The notes under the pieces were generated by a model. It searched no databases. It had not been told where the DNA came from and saw only the letters and a list, made by a program, of their open reading frames with translations. DNA of 62,026 nt, the filler included. It is 6 parts of 6 records of this genome, joined end to end, with 100 filler letters (N's around TTAATTAATTAA, not from the genome) between each part and the next. Parts side by side here need not be neighbours in the genome. Positions count along the whole stretch, not along the records: positions 43,873 to 56,158 come from SRR31156797_2510; positions 56,259 to 62,026 come from SRR31156797_2540; 4 more parts are not named here. One strand, 5' to 3'. The translations under genes were made by a program, and so were the position numbers. This document shows positions 52,143 through 62,026 of the stretch, in pieces. The number at the start of each line of letters is the position of its first letter. The stretch's first letter is position 1.

Positions 52143-53846
52143 TTGATACAATTTATAAAACATTATATTCCTTATCTAAAAAACTACAAAAGACAACTTT
52201 TTTTTGCATTTTTAGGGATGCTTACTGTTGCCATTACCACTGCAGCAATTGCTTATATGATGAAGCCTCTACTTGATGAAATCTTTGTGGATAAAAAGGT
52301 AGAACAACTTTATATCTTACCTGTAATAGTCATAGCTATTTTTGCATTAAAAGGTATTGGGACATATGTTCAAGCGTATTATATGAACCTTGTGGGGCAA
52401 GATATTGTAAGGATCGTAAGGGATAAGATGCTGCAACATGTTCTTACTCTTGATATGTCCTTTTTTCATCTATACCACAGTGGGGAGCTTTTAAGTAGAA
52501 TCACCAATGATGTAAATCGAATCCAAGGTGCTGTTTCCACTCAATTAGCACTACTAGTTAGAGAAAGCTTTACAGCTCTTGCTCTTATTGGGGTAGTTAT
52601 CTACCATAGCCCTACTTTAGCTTTTTTTGTTTTTGTAGTAATTCCTGCAGCGTATATTCCTGTACAAATCATCTCAAAAAGACTTAAAAAAATCTCCCAT
52701 GCTTCCCAAGAGAAAAACTCAGATCTTACTGCAAACCTTAATGAAACTTTTTCAAACATAGAGATCATTAAAGCGTACTCAACCCAAGCTTTTGAGGCAA
52801 AAAAGTTTGCTGTGATCAATAAAAGCTTTTTTGAGATCAATATGAGGTCTATTAAAATTGGAGAGCTTGTAATCCCTGTGATGGAGCTTTTTGCTGCAAT
52901 ATCTGCTGCTATTGTGATCATCGTAGGGGGGAAAGAGGTCATTAATGGGAATATGACCATAGGTGCTTTTTTCTCTTTTTTAACTGCAATGTTCATGGCA
53001 GTAGATCCAATAAGAAGAGTATCAACTACCTATGCAAGGTTTCAGGATGCTTTGGCTGCAAATGAACGGATAAATGATATTATGGCAGTAAAGTCTAAAA
53101 CATCAGATGGGAAAAAAGAACTTTGTGATGTCAAAACAATCACTTTTAATAATACCTATTTATCTTATGAGGACAAACCTGCTTTAAAAGATATTAACTT
53201 TACTCTTAAAAAAGGGGAAGTGATCGCTTTTGTAGGAAATAGTGGTGGAGGGAAAAGCTCTATTATCAATCTTATGCTTCGTTTTTTTGATCCTACAAAA
53301 GGGGCTATTTTAATGAATGATCAAGATATCAAAACCTATTCTCTTCATTCATTAAGAGAGCAAATCTCTATCGTAACTCAAAGAGTATATATCTTTAATG
53401 ATACCATTGCCGCTAATGTAGCTTATGGAGATGAGATAGATGAAGAGAAGATCATAGAGGTATTAAAAAAAGCAAATATCTATGAGCATATTCAAACTAT
53501 GGAAGATGGTATTTATACTGAGCTTAATGAAAGTGGTACAAACCTAAGTGGTGGACAAAGACAAAGAATAGCAATAGCTAGAGCTTTATATAAAAACCCA
53601 AAAATCCTTATTTTAGATGAGGCTACAAGTGCTTTAGATAATACTAGTGAAAAAGCGATTATTCAAACTATTCAAAATATCTCAAAAGATATCATCACTA
53701 TTATGATCGCTCACCGTTTTAAAAGTATCGATATTGCTTCAAAGCTCTTTGTATTGAGTCATGGAGAGATCGTAGGAGAGGGAACAAAAGAAAAACTATT
53801 AGAATCATGTGCAGAATTTAAGGAGCTATATAAAGATGAACAGTAG
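52143..53846 (+). CDS. MsbA-like ABC exporter (permease + ATPase)
   Basis: 6-TM N-domain; GNSGGGKSS, LSGGQRQRIAIARA, DEATSALD. Confidence 0.88.
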   Translation: MIQFIKHYIPYLKNYKRQLFFAFLGMLTVAITTAAIAYMMKPLLDEIFVDKKVEQLYILPVIVIAIFALKGIGTYVQAYYMNLVGQDIVRIVRDKMLQHVLTLDMSFFHLYHSGELLSRITNDVNRIQGAVSTQLALLVRESFTALALIGVVIYHSPTLAFFVFVVIPAAYIPVQIISKRLKKISHASQEKNSDLTANLNETFSNIEIIKAYSTQAFEAKKFAVINKSFFEINMRSIKIGELVIPVMELFAAISAAIVIIVGGKEVINGNMTIGAFFSFLTAMFMAVDPIRRVSTTYARFQDALAANERINDIMAVKSKTSDGKKELCDVKTITFNNTYLSYEDKPALKDINFTLKKGEVIAFVGNSGGGKSSIINLMLRFFDPTKGAILMNDQDIKTYSLHSLREQISIVTQRVYIFNDTIAANVAYGDEIDEEKIIEVLKKANIYEHIQTMEDGIYTELNESGTNLSGGQRQRIAIARALYKNPKILILDEATSALDNTSEKAIIQTIQNISKDIITIMIAHRFKSIDIASKLFVLSHGEIVGEGTKEKLLESCAEFKELYKDEQ

Positions 53847-54510
53847 ATTTAACATAAAAACCTTTAAAGGAAGAATCTATGCATGGATGTATGCAATGTT
53901 TGTAGAGCATAATTTTATCAATCTTTTTAGACTCAATTTTCACAAAATCTCAGATGAAGCCTATAGATCAGCCCAACCTACGATGGAACAGCTTGAAAGA
54001 TATGTAAAAAAATATGGCTTTAAAACGATTGTAAATCTTAAAAATGCCAATCCTAAAAGTGCGTATTATCAATTTGAAAAAGAAAAGTGTGAAAAGCTAG
54101 GAATTACTCTGATTGATGTAAATGTTGCATCACGAGCAATTTTAAGACCAGAGCAAGTTAAAAGAGCTAAAGAGATCTTTGAGACCGCTGAGTATCCTAT
54201 GTGGATCCATTGTAAAGCTGGGGCAGATAGAACAGGTATCTATGCAACACTCTATCAATACTTTAGAGAAGATACTCCAATTGAGAGGACAAACCAACTC
54301 TCTTTTTGGCCATTTGGGCATTTAAAAGCATCAAAAGCTGGAAAAGTTGATTTTTATTTTGAACAGTTTTTAAAATATCAAAAAGAACATCCTGAAGCAG
54401 AGTTTTTTGAATGGAGTCAAACTATTGCGAATAGAGAAGAGATCAATGCTTTGTATCAATCTTCAAAATTTGCTGATATAATCAATGACTATATTTTAAG
54501 AAGAGAGTAG
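53836..54510 (+). CDS. Protein-tyrosine/dual-specificity phosphatase family protein
   Basis: YRSAQP and HCKAGADRTG (CX5R) motifs; overlaps the ABC gene end. Confidence 0.85.
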   Translation: MNSRFNIKTFKGRIYAWMYAMFVEHNFINLFRLNFHKISDEAYRSAQPTMEQLERYVKKYGFKTIVNLKNANPKSAYYQFEKEKCEKLGITLIDVNVASRAILRPEQVKRAKEIFETAEYPMWIHCKAGADRTGIYATLYQYFREDTPIERTNQLSFWPFGHLKASKAGKVDFYFEQFLKYQKEHPEAEFFEWSQTIANREEINALYQSSKFADIINDYILRRE

Positions 54511-54514
54511 AGTT

Positions 54515-55432
54515 TTAAAAGCCATTCGTTTTTAAAACTTCCACATACTCTTTGGTCACTTCATCTTTGTATTTTGGATCGATATGATCCTCTGAATCAC
54601 CTATCATATTTTTTGGATAACTAAAAATTTCAGGGATAAATCGAATCACCTCTGATCTTTGTTTTATACTCCCCATCACTTCTTCAACTTTTTCTTTATC
54701 TTGTATATAGATTTTTTCATAAATTGGACCATTAAGATAATAGCAATTTAAAGTATACTGTTTACATAAGCTATTTAACTCTTCCCATACTTTTAACTTA
54801 TGGGGCTTAATATGAAGATTTTGATAGTTCTCTGCACTTGTAAGCTCTAGCATATCATTTGAAAACCGTTTCTTTTTTTGGGCATTATAATCTAGTTCAT
54901 TATCAAAGTTGTTTTTGATTTTTGATTTTTTTGCAAGCCATGTGATCTCTTTTGGATTGATCTTATAGGCAAAATATTTTAAAAAGATATTTTCATCTGT
55001 AAGATGTGAATATGAGAATAGATCACTTGCACTGTATAGTGTATCAAAAAAACCTATGTATGAGAATTCTCTTTCCCAAATATTAATAGTGTGCATGAAA
55101 ACAATATTTTTTAGATTTGGATAGGATGCAACAGAATGTTTGATCATATTAATATCTGTTTCGATTCCAAAAGAACCTGTTAGGGCTAGATTATACCCCT
55201 TTACATTAGTCAATCTATTAAAAAGTTTTATATTGATAGCATTTCCACAAGAGCTATCTCCTAAAAAAACTGTGTCTATACTCTTATTATCTTGACTAAG
55301 TTTTAAAAACTGCTGTTTTCTTAAGAGATCATTCTTTTGGGTAGGCAAATCAATAGTATTAATAATCAAAGAGATAGCTAATACAAAAGCTATCAAAGAT
55401 ACTGCTGAAAAAATAAAGTGTTTATGGCTCAT
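54515..55432 (-). CDS. Membrane-anchored SGNH-like protein (acylation partner)
   Basis: N-terminal TM, FLGDSS, C-terminal DSEDH; directly after the MBOAT gene. Confidence 0.65.
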   Translation of the reverse strand: MSHKHFIFSAVSLIAFVLAISLIINTIDLPTQKNDLLRKQQFLKLSQDNKSIDTVFLGDSSCGNAINIKLFNRLTNVKGYNLALTGSFGIETDINMIKHSVASYPNLKNIVFMHTINIWEREFSYIGFFDTLYSASDLFSYSHLTDENIFLKYFAYKINPKEITWLAKKSKIKNNFDNELDYNAQKKKRFSNDMLELTSAENYQNLHIKPHKLKVWEELNSLCKQYTLNCYYLNGPIYEKIYIQDKEKVEEVMGSIKQRSEVIRFIPEIFSYPKNMIGDSEDHIDPKYKDEVTKEYVEVLKTNGF

Positions 55433-55434
55433 AA

Positions 55435-56158
55435 TTAAAAATTAAAATATAAAAATTCGCTATATCTACTGAGATATGCGATACTTACTGTGAAAAACAC
55501 TACTAATACTACCATATTTACAAAACTAGGTCGAAAACTTTCCATGATCTTTTTTGTATTTTGAAATGTAAGTACTACAATAAAAGAAAGAATAATCAAC
55601 CATAAAGTCTCTTCTCGTATTTTCATAACAAACTCCCCAAATACAACAGGAAGATCAATATAACTAAATAGAGATAAGTTTTCAAATTTACCACTTAATA
55701 CAATTTCTCCAAAGAACATAGCTTTTAAAATCGCAATTGCATCACTCCACTCTTGCGCTCTAAAAAACACCCAAGAGATATTGATAAAATTAAAAGTGAT
55801 CAACCATGCAAGCCATACTGACAGTCCAAAGCCAACTTTTTCCCAGATACGATGTACCACAAGTGCCATTCCATGTAAAAAGCCCCAAAACACAAAAGTC
55901 CATCCAGCTCCATGCCAAAGACCACCTATTAAAAATGTTATCATAAGATTACTATAGGTTCGAAAGTTTGAGATCCTATTTCCCCCCAAAGGGATATAGA
56001 TGTAATCCTTTAAAAAACGTGAAAGTGTGATATGCCATCGTCTCCAAAAATCTTGAATATTGGTTGCTTTGTAAGGTGAATTAAAATTTATAGGGAGTTT
56101 TATATTAAAAAGAAGTGCAGCACCTATAGCCATATCAGTATATCCACTAAAATCAAAA
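55435..56158 (-). CDS. MBOAT O-acyltransferase (AlgI/DltB-like), 5' truncated
   Basis: NFNSPYKA, FWRRWHITLS, GLWHGAGWTF, EFLYFNF end. Confidence 0.92.
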
Positions 56159-56258
56159 NNNNNNNNNNNNNNNNNNNNNNNNNNNNNNNNNNNNNNNNNN
56201 NNTTAATTAATTAANNNNNNNNNNNNNNNNNNNNNNNNNNNNNNNNNNNNNNNNNNNN
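56159..56258. other. Artificial contig linker
   Basis: N run with TTAATTAATTAA. Confidence 0.98.
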
Positions 56259-56802
56259 ACTTATTGGAATGATGTTTGATGATATCTCTAAGATCTTTAA
56301 TGATAAAGAGAAAGCTAGAGTTATTATGAAAGAGATCTTTAATGAAGAGAAACAAAGAACAGATGATACCAAACAAATTGCAAGAGATCTGAATCTTAAG
56401 CTTGGAGCTTCAGTTCTGAAAAAAAGACAATTTTTTGAGTTTTTAGTACAACTAGCTTTTATAGATAGTGGGATAAGTTCTGATGAAGATAAGGTTTTAA
56501 GAGAGATTATTAGTGAGCTAAATATCTCAACTGCAGAATATGAAGCAATTATCAGTAAATTTGAAAATATGAAAAATGCAAAGCCTGAGTCTATGGGTGC
56601 TGCAAAGGCATATGAGATCTTAGGAGTAAAAGAAAGTGATGATATGGATACCATTAAAAAAGCGTATAGAAAGCTTATACGAGAGTATCATCCTGATATT
56701 ATTAGCTCACAAGATAAAGATGAAAGCTATATAGAAGAAGCAACTGCTAAAACACAAGAGATCAATCAAGCGTATCAGGTGATTAAAGAGTTAAGAAAAT
56801 AA
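56259..56802 (+). CDS. DjlA-like TerB + J-domain protein (5' truncated)
   Basis: LAFIDSGISSDE TerB-like segment; C-terminal J domain with YHPD. Confidence 0.85.
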
Positions 56803-56832
56803 AAAGTTTGATTAAACTATAGCTAGTTGAAA

Positions 56833-57198
56833 TTAACTAGCTTTTTTGATACCAATTAAGCTATTAAGAGGTATTTTAAATAATCTATGTAATTCGCGAA
56901 TATTATCAACAGTTAGTTTTCTAGTACCTTTTAAAACTTTTGAAACAGTCGTTTTATCACCAATAGCAGGAATAAGATCCTTTTGCATCAATCCTTCTTG
57001 TTCCATTCTAAACTTTATAGCTTCTATTGGTGAGGGTGCTTCAATAATATAGTGCTCCTCTTCATATTTTTCTATAAGTAATCCTAAAAGTTCTAATTCA
57101 TTAAATTCATCACTTCCTTCTTGTTCATCCCAGAGTTCTTCTAGTCTTTTTATAGCATCTTCATAGTCAGTTTCATTTCTTAATAGTTTTAACTTCAT
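56833..57198 (-). CDS. higA: HigA antitoxin (HTH)
   Basis: LIEKYEEEHY...PSPIEAIKFRMEQ...VSKVLKGTRKLT. Confidence 0.88.
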   Translation of the reverse strand: MKLKLLRNETDYEDAIKRLEELWDEQEGSDEFNELELLGLLIEKYEEEHYIIEAPSPIEAIKFRMEQEGLMQKDLIPAIGDKTTVSKVLKGTRKLTVDNIRELHRLFKIPLNSLIGIKKAS

Positions 57199-57199
57199 A

Positions 57200-57499
57200 T
57201 TATACCTTTTTTACATCAATTTTATTGTACTCTTCATGGGTACCTATAAATCTAATAAATACAAATTTTACTTTATATTGTACTTTTACTATCAATCGAT
57301 AGTCGTTCCCTTTGATATTAAACACAACTCTGTCATTACCTACAAAAGAAGCAGAGGGATACTTTTTTTTAATATCATGTCCACTTGTCCAATCACTATT
57401 TTTCACCTCTTCAAACCAAGCTTCAAGAGAATCTTTACTTGAGAGATATTTAGATTGTGAATAAAAATCAATAAGTGTTTTTCTTTTGAAAATTTTCAT
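57200..57499 (-). CDS. higB: HigB toxin
   Basis: LEAWFEEV, RVVFNIKGNDYRLI, FIGTHEEYNKI; toxin-first gene order. Confidence 0.9.
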   Translation of the reverse strand: MKIFKRKTLIDFYSQSKYLSSKDSLEAWFEEVKNSDWTSGHDIKKKYPSASFVGNDRVVFNIKGNDYRLIVKVQYKVKFVFIRFIGTHEEYNKIDVKKV

Positions 57500-57603
57500 A
57501 AGGTATTTTATCTTAATAGTTGGCTATTTGTCAACTTTATATTGTTGATATTTTGATAGAATATAATATTGAAATAAAAAAGTTAGAGTTTCTCTAGCCT
57601 TTT

Positions 57604-59859
57604 TTATTGAAGCTTCTCAGTTACAAGTTCATTTACTACTTTAGGGTTTGCTTTTCCACCAGTAGCTTTTAAAACTTGTCCTACAAAGAAACCAAAGAGT
57701 TTATTATTCCCAGCTTTATATTTTTCCACATTATCTGGATTTTTTGCGATCACTTCATCGATAATAGGTAAGATCTGGGCTGGATCACTTATTTGGATAA
57801 GTCCTTTATCTTCAACTATTTTTTTAGGATTTTCTCCAGTTTTTGACATCTCTTCAAATACTTGTTTTGCTATTTTTGTTGAGATAGTCTCCTCATCTAT
57901 CATTTTTACTAGTTCACTAAGCTCTTTTGCTGTAAATTGAAGCTCACTTAGAGATTTTTCTTTGAGTTCACGTGAGACTTCATTCGCAACTATATTTGCT
58001 AGATTAAGTGGGCTATTAAGGTTTTTAAGTGCTTCTTCATAAAATGATGAAAGATCAGCATCTCTAGCTAGTATATCTGAAACTGTAGAGTTGAGTTTAA
58101 GTTCACTTGTATATTTATCAAAAAGTGCTTGTTGCTCTTTTGTCATAGGTGTTACATCACCATCAATCTGCACTTTTTTAGTCTCTGTTTTAGGTGTTTG
58201 TTTTGATGGCTCTTTTGTAGCTTTTTTAGCCCAAGAGTCTTTAAGTCCAACGATCTTATTAAATACTGGATTTGTATCTGTATAATCTATTGGATCTGCA
58301 TAGAAGTATCCTTGTCTCTCAAACTGAAATCTTTCATCAGGTTTTTCACTAATTACAGCAGGTTCAATAAGTGCATCTTTAATGATCTTTAATGAATCAG
58401 GATTAAGATCTTCTAGACCCTCAGGAGCTTCATTTTTATAGAGTCTATCATAAAGTCTTACTTCCACTTGTTTGGCTTCTTTTGCATCTACCCATTGGAT
58501 AGCACTTTTGACTTTTATCCCACTAGTATCATTTCCACTTTTAGAATCAGGGTGGTATTCAGCTTTGATCTCTATGATCTTTCCATCACTATCTTTAATT
58601 ACCTCTTTACAAGTGATAATATAAGCATGTTTTAATCGTACAGGTTGCTCTGGTGTAAGCCTATAGTATCCTTTTGGAGGATTTTCATCAAAATCTTCTC
58701 TTTCTATATAAATAGTTTTAGAAAAAGGGATCTTTCTACTTCCCTCTTTTGGTACATCATGAGGATAGTATGAAGCTTCGATCTCTTCACTTCCTTCATA
58801 GTTTTCAATAGTGATTTTTAGTGGATCAAGTACACACATCACACGTGGCACTTTAGGATTCAAATCATCTCTGATACAAAATTCAAGTTGCGATACATCT
58901 ACCATAGAGTTTGCTTTTGCGATCCCGATTTGATAGCAAAATGTATTGATAGCTTCAGGAGTATATCCTCTTCTTTTATATCCAGCAATTGTAGGCATTC
59001 TTGGATCATCCCATCCATTTACATGCTTGTCATTTACTAGTTCAAGTAGTTTTCTTTTACTCATAACAGTATAGTTAATCCCAAGTCGTGCAAACTCATG
59101 TTGGTAAGGTCGTGGAGGCTCTAATCCTAAAGTATCTAACACCCAATCATAGATATCGCGATTATTTTCAAATTCAAGTGTACAGATAGAGTGAGAAACC
59201 CCTTCAATATAGTCACTTAAACAATGAGCAAAATCATACATAGGGTAGATCTTCCAGTTATCCCCAGTTCTGTAATGGTGCGCATGACGGATTCTATATA
59301 AAAGTGGATCTCTCATCTTCATATTAGCTGCACTCATATCTATTTTTGCACGTACTACATGCTCTCCCTCTTTACATTCACCTTTTCTCATTTTCTCAAT
59401 AAGTTCAAGGTTCTCTTCAATAGAACGATCAGCATACTTACTTCTTTTCCCTGGCTCAGTAACTGTTCCACGATATTCTCGTATTTCCTCTTCATCCAAA
59501 CTATCAACATAGGCTTTCCCCATTTTGATAAGCTCTATGGCATATTCATAGATCTTTGGAAAATAATCTGAAGTGTATCGAACTTCCCCCTCCCAATCAA
59601 ATCCAAGCCATTGCACGGCATCTTTTAAAGCTTCTACATATTTTGTATCTTCTGTTGTTGGATTGGTATCATCCATTCTAAGAGTACAAACTCCTTGGAA
59701 GTCTTTTGCAATTCCAAAATTGATATTGATCGATTTTGCATGTCCTATATGAGGAAAGCCATTTGGTTCAGGAGGAAATCTTGTAACAACTTTATTGTAT
59801 TTTCCATTTTTTAAATCTTCTTCAACTATTAAACGTAAAAAATCTTTGTGATCACTCAT
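57604..59859 (-). CDS. glnS: Glutamine-tRNA ligase with C-terminal GatB/YqeY domain
   Basis: RFPPEPNGFPHIGH, VMSKRKL, FQFERQGYF, then a YqeY tail (LFGFFVGQVLKATGGKANP). Confidence 0.94.
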   Translation of the reverse strand: MSDHKDFLRLIVEEDLKNGKYNKVVTRFPPEPNGFPHIGHAKSININFGIAKDFQGVCTLRMDDTNPTTEDTKYVEALKDAVQWLGFDWEGEVRYTSDYFPKIYEYAIELIKMGKAYVDSLDEEEIREYRGTVTEPGKRSKYADRSIEENLELIEKMRKGECKEGEHVVRAKIDMSAANMKMRDPLLYRIRHAHHYRTGDNWKIYPMYDFAHCLSDYIEGVSHSICTLEFENNRDIYDWVLDTLGLEPPRPYQHEFARLGINYTVMSKRKLLELVNDKHVNGWDDPRMPTIAGYKRRGYTPEAINTFCYQIGIAKANSMVDVSQLEFCIRDDLNPKVPRVMCVLDPLKITIENYEGSEEIEASYYPHDVPKEGSRKIPFSKTIYIEREDFDENPPKGYYRLTPEQPVRLKHAYIITCKEVIKDSDGKIIEIKAEYHPDSKSGNDTSGIKVKSAIQWVDAKEAKQVEVRLYDRLYKNEAPEGLEDLNPDSLKIIKDALIEPAVISEKPDERFQFERQGYFYADPIDYTDTNPVFNKIVGLKDSWAKKATKEPSKQTPKTETKKVQIDGDVTPMTKEQQALFDKYTSELKLNSTVSDILARDADLSSFYEEALKNLNSPLNLANIVANEVSRELKEKSLSELQFTAKELSELVKMIDEETISTKIAKQVFEEMSKTGENPKKIVEDKGLIQISDPAQILPIIDEVIAKNPDNVEKYKAGNNKLFGFFVGQVLKATGGKANPKVVNELVTEKLQ

Positions 59860-59986
59860 CTATTAAACCTTTTAAGAAACTTTATAAAGGTGACATTTTA
59901 TCTAATTAGTGCTTATAGTGTAAGTTATTGGAAGGGTTTTAAAGAGATTCCATCCTTTTATTTTAGATAAAAGGATAGATGATGAT

Positions 59987-60268
59987 TTAGAGTATTTTAG
60001 CAAATAAACTTTGTAAGAATATCTCTAAAAATTGTAGTGCAAAGATCACAATAAGTGGAGCGAGATCAAGTCCTCCAAAAACAGTAGGTATCACTCTTCG
60101 AACCAAGGCATAAGCAGGTTCAGTTAGACGATAGAGCATCTGTACAATTGGATTATATGGATCAGGCTGTACCCATGATAAAATAGCTGCGATGATGATC
60201 ACCCACTTATAAAGTGAAATGATACTGATTAAAAGTGTAGCAAATGCTACAAGTAGTGAATCTAACAT
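59987..60268 (-). CDS. yggT: YggT family membrane protein
   Basis: LSWVQPDPYNP...LTEP...GGLDLAP. Confidence 0.9.
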   Translation of the reverse strand: MLDSLLVAFATLLISIISLYKWVIIIAAILSWVQPDPYNPIVQMLYRLTEPAYALVRRVIPTVFGGLDLAPLIVIFALQFLEIFLQSLFAKIL

Positions 60269-61563
60269 TATATAATCTCCCCTAAATAGTTTTTAATAAG
60301 CGGATAGATCTGCTTAAGTTTTTTTTCATTTGTTGTTCCAGTGAGTGCAAAGCTTAGTGGTACAAAAAGCTTCTCTTCTTTTAATCCCGTTTTATCAGTG
60401 ATATATGTTTGAAGTTTGTCAAACTCACCAATAAAAGGAGCTTTTTGCAAACACCCTTTTAAAAGCTCAAATTCCTTTTCATATCCTTCAAGTGTCATTT
60501 TTTCACTAAAGATAGCTTGAACTTTCTCTTTGATCTCATTGATCGTATTACACTCTTCAATATAGAGTTTTGCTAGCTTTCCAAGATCTTCATCGGCAAA
60601 GCCTATGATCTTTGAAAACCTCATATCTTCTAACATCTTCATATGTTCACGATTGTAAAAGTTTAATCTTTCAATATCAAATGTCACAGAGTTAGAAGAA
60701 AGCTTTTGGATATCAAACCATTCAATCGCTTCTTCTATAGTAAATATCTCTTTTGGGTGATCATATCCTAAAGAGATAAGATAGTTTGCAATAGCTATTG
60801 GGAGATAGCCCTCATCTATCAAAGCTTGTACGCAATAGAAAGTATCACTTTTCGTTAGTTCTTTATCTTGGGAATTTAGTATAGGTGCTAGATGGATATA
60901 CTGAATCTCTTTTTCATACCCTAAAGCTTCTCTTATATAGATCTGTTTTGGAGTATCATTGAGATGTTTTTGTTTTCTAATAATAGTAGAGATATCATAA
61001 AGCATATCATCAACTGCACAAGCAAAATTAGAAGTAGGGGTTTTGTCATGGTTTAAGATCACCACACTATCCACTTGATCAGGTGAGAATTGTAATTCTC
61101 CTTGAAAAAGATCATTAAAGCGTATATCATGATCTGTTTTTTTTACTCTTACTACAAAAGGAGCATTACATTGAAACTTGGTCTCATCACTAATAGTTTC
61201 ACAAAATCCACTGTAACTATAAACTTTTCCCTCTTCTTTTGCTTTTTGCTTATCAAGTTCTAGTGCTTCATCAGAACAAAAGCAATTAAAAGCTTTTTTG
61301 TCTAAAAGAAGTTTCATAGCCATTCCAGTGTGGTATTTGATATTTTCACTTCCAGCAACAACTCTTGAATGCTCAATTCCAAAAAGAGCTAAGGTTTCTA
61401 ATACCTCTTTCTCTTTCCCCTCAATATTTTGTTCTTTCTCTACATCATCAAGGCGGATAATAAGATCTTCTTTCAGTTGTTTTGAATAAATATGATTTAA
61501 AAGAGCAATTCTTAAATTCTCTACACTTAAACTCTCATTTAAACTTGGAGTAAATCGAAGCAA
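60268..61563 (-). CDS. Glutamyl-tRNA synthetase paralogue (GluRS2-like) with degenerate catalytic motifs
   Basis: Colinear with GluRS over its full length, but HIGH reads SVEN and KMSKR reads ELTKS. Confidence 0.8.
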   Translation of the reverse strand: MLRFTPSLNESLSVENLRIALLNHIYSKQLKEDLIIRLDDVEKEQNIEGKEKEVLETLALFGIEHSRVVAGSENIKYHTGMAMKLLLDKKAFNCFCSDEALELDKQKAKEEGKVYSYSGFCETISDETKFQCNAPFVVRVKKTDHDIRFNDLFQGELQFSPDQVDSVVILNHDKTPTSNFACAVDDMLYDISTIIRKQKHLNDTPKQIYIREALGYEKEIQYIHLAPILNSQDKELTKSDTFYCVQALIDEGYLPIAIANYLISLGYDHPKEIFTIEEAIEWFDIQKLSSNSVTFDIERLNFYNREHMKMLEDMRFSKIIGFADEDLGKLAKLYIEECNTINEIKEKVQAIFSEKMTLEGYEKEFELLKGCLQKAPFIGEFDKLQTYITDKTGLKEEKLFVPLSFALTGTTNEKKLKQIYPLIKNYLGEII

Positions 61564-61566
61564 TCT

Positions 61567-62026
61567 TTATTCCTTTTCAGTTTTTGTTACAATAGAAAAA
61601 GTAAGATTTTCTATCTCTTTATGTGATTTTATAAATTTATTGAGATCTTTTAGAGTAAGTTTTTCAATCAGTTCTAACTCTTTTTCAGGATAGTCTTGAT
61701 CTAAGCCTTTATAATAAAGGTGAAATGATCGATTGAGTCTTTGTGAAAAAGTTTCAGTTCGAAGTGGTTCACTTCCACTTAAGAATTTTTTCGCAGCTTC
61801 TAGCTCTTTTTGGGTTACTCCTTTTTTTACAAACTGTTTAACGATCTTTTCAACCATCTCTTTTGCTTTTTGTGTATTGTCTAGTTTTGTTTGAAGGTAT
61901 CCAGAAAAATAAGAGTGTGATTTTTGATTTTTAATATTTCCATATGCACTATATGCAAGTCCATGTTTTACACGGATCTCTTCCATCATTCTACTTCCAA
62001 AACCACTTCCACCTAAGATAAAAGAA
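61567..62026 (-). CDS. M16-family peptidase, 3' part (truncated by window end)
   Basis: ILGGSGFGSRMMEEIRVKHGLAYSAY. Confidence 0.85.
   Translation of the reverse strand, partial: SFILGGSGFGSRMMEEIRVKHGLAYSAYGNIKNQKSHSYFSGYLQTKLDNTQKAKEMVEKIVKQFVKKGVTQKELEAAKKFLSGSEPLRTETFSQRLNRSFHLYYKGLDQDYPEKELELIEKLTLKDLNKFIKSHKEIENLTFSIVTKTEKE

Noticed and set aside
8005-56258. Five repeated N-TTAATTAATTAA-N blocks
   Set aside because: Artificial six-frame-stop linkers. Neighbourhoods across them, and ORFs running into X residues, are not biological.
1-62026. CRISPR arrays, rRNA, prophage or integron cassettes
   Set aside because: No regularly spaced repeats, cas genes, rRNA-like sequence, phage genes or attC/VCR-like repeats were seen.

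Overview
This window is not one chromosome segment. It is six unrelated contigs joined by 100-bp N linkers containing TTAATTAATTAA (stops in all six frames). Taxonomic calls are from protein style and gene order only. (1) 1-8004, Vibrio-like: yhcC, gltB, gltD. (2) 8105-25265, Vibrio-like: tRNA-Ser, tRNA-Pro, yejM/L/K, a membrane Hpt protein, asd, a diguanylate cyclase, ugd and a cysD-SLC13-cysC-DHH-cysN PAPS cluster. (3) 25366-35994, AT-rich Campylobacterota (Arcobacteraceae-like): carB, ThiF, glnD, trpF, rpe, a complete IS110 element, a glycine-zipper gene and a partial MCP. (4) 36095-43772, GC-rich anaerobe (possibly a spirochaete): ahbD/ahbC/sirC, copA-csoR and a sugar ABC transporter. (5) 43873-56158 and (6) 56259-62026, Campylobacterota: toxin-antitoxin pairs, guaA, dapE, an M14 peptidase, an MsbA-like exporter, an MBOAT, GlnRS-YqeY and a motif-degenerate GluRS2. 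The best finding is the IS110 element (33049-34798, minus strand). By hand I could reconstruct its CT core, palindromic donor and empty target, plus an upstream bridge-RNA-like sequence whose target guides spell a Shine-Dalgarno site (AAGAAAGGAG). The element sits inside the RBS (AAAGGAGG) of the next gene and rebuilds that RBS on insertion. Other leads: an internal RBS-ATG that could release a CopZ from copA, and an intact but apparently catalytically dead GluRS2 next to GlnRS.
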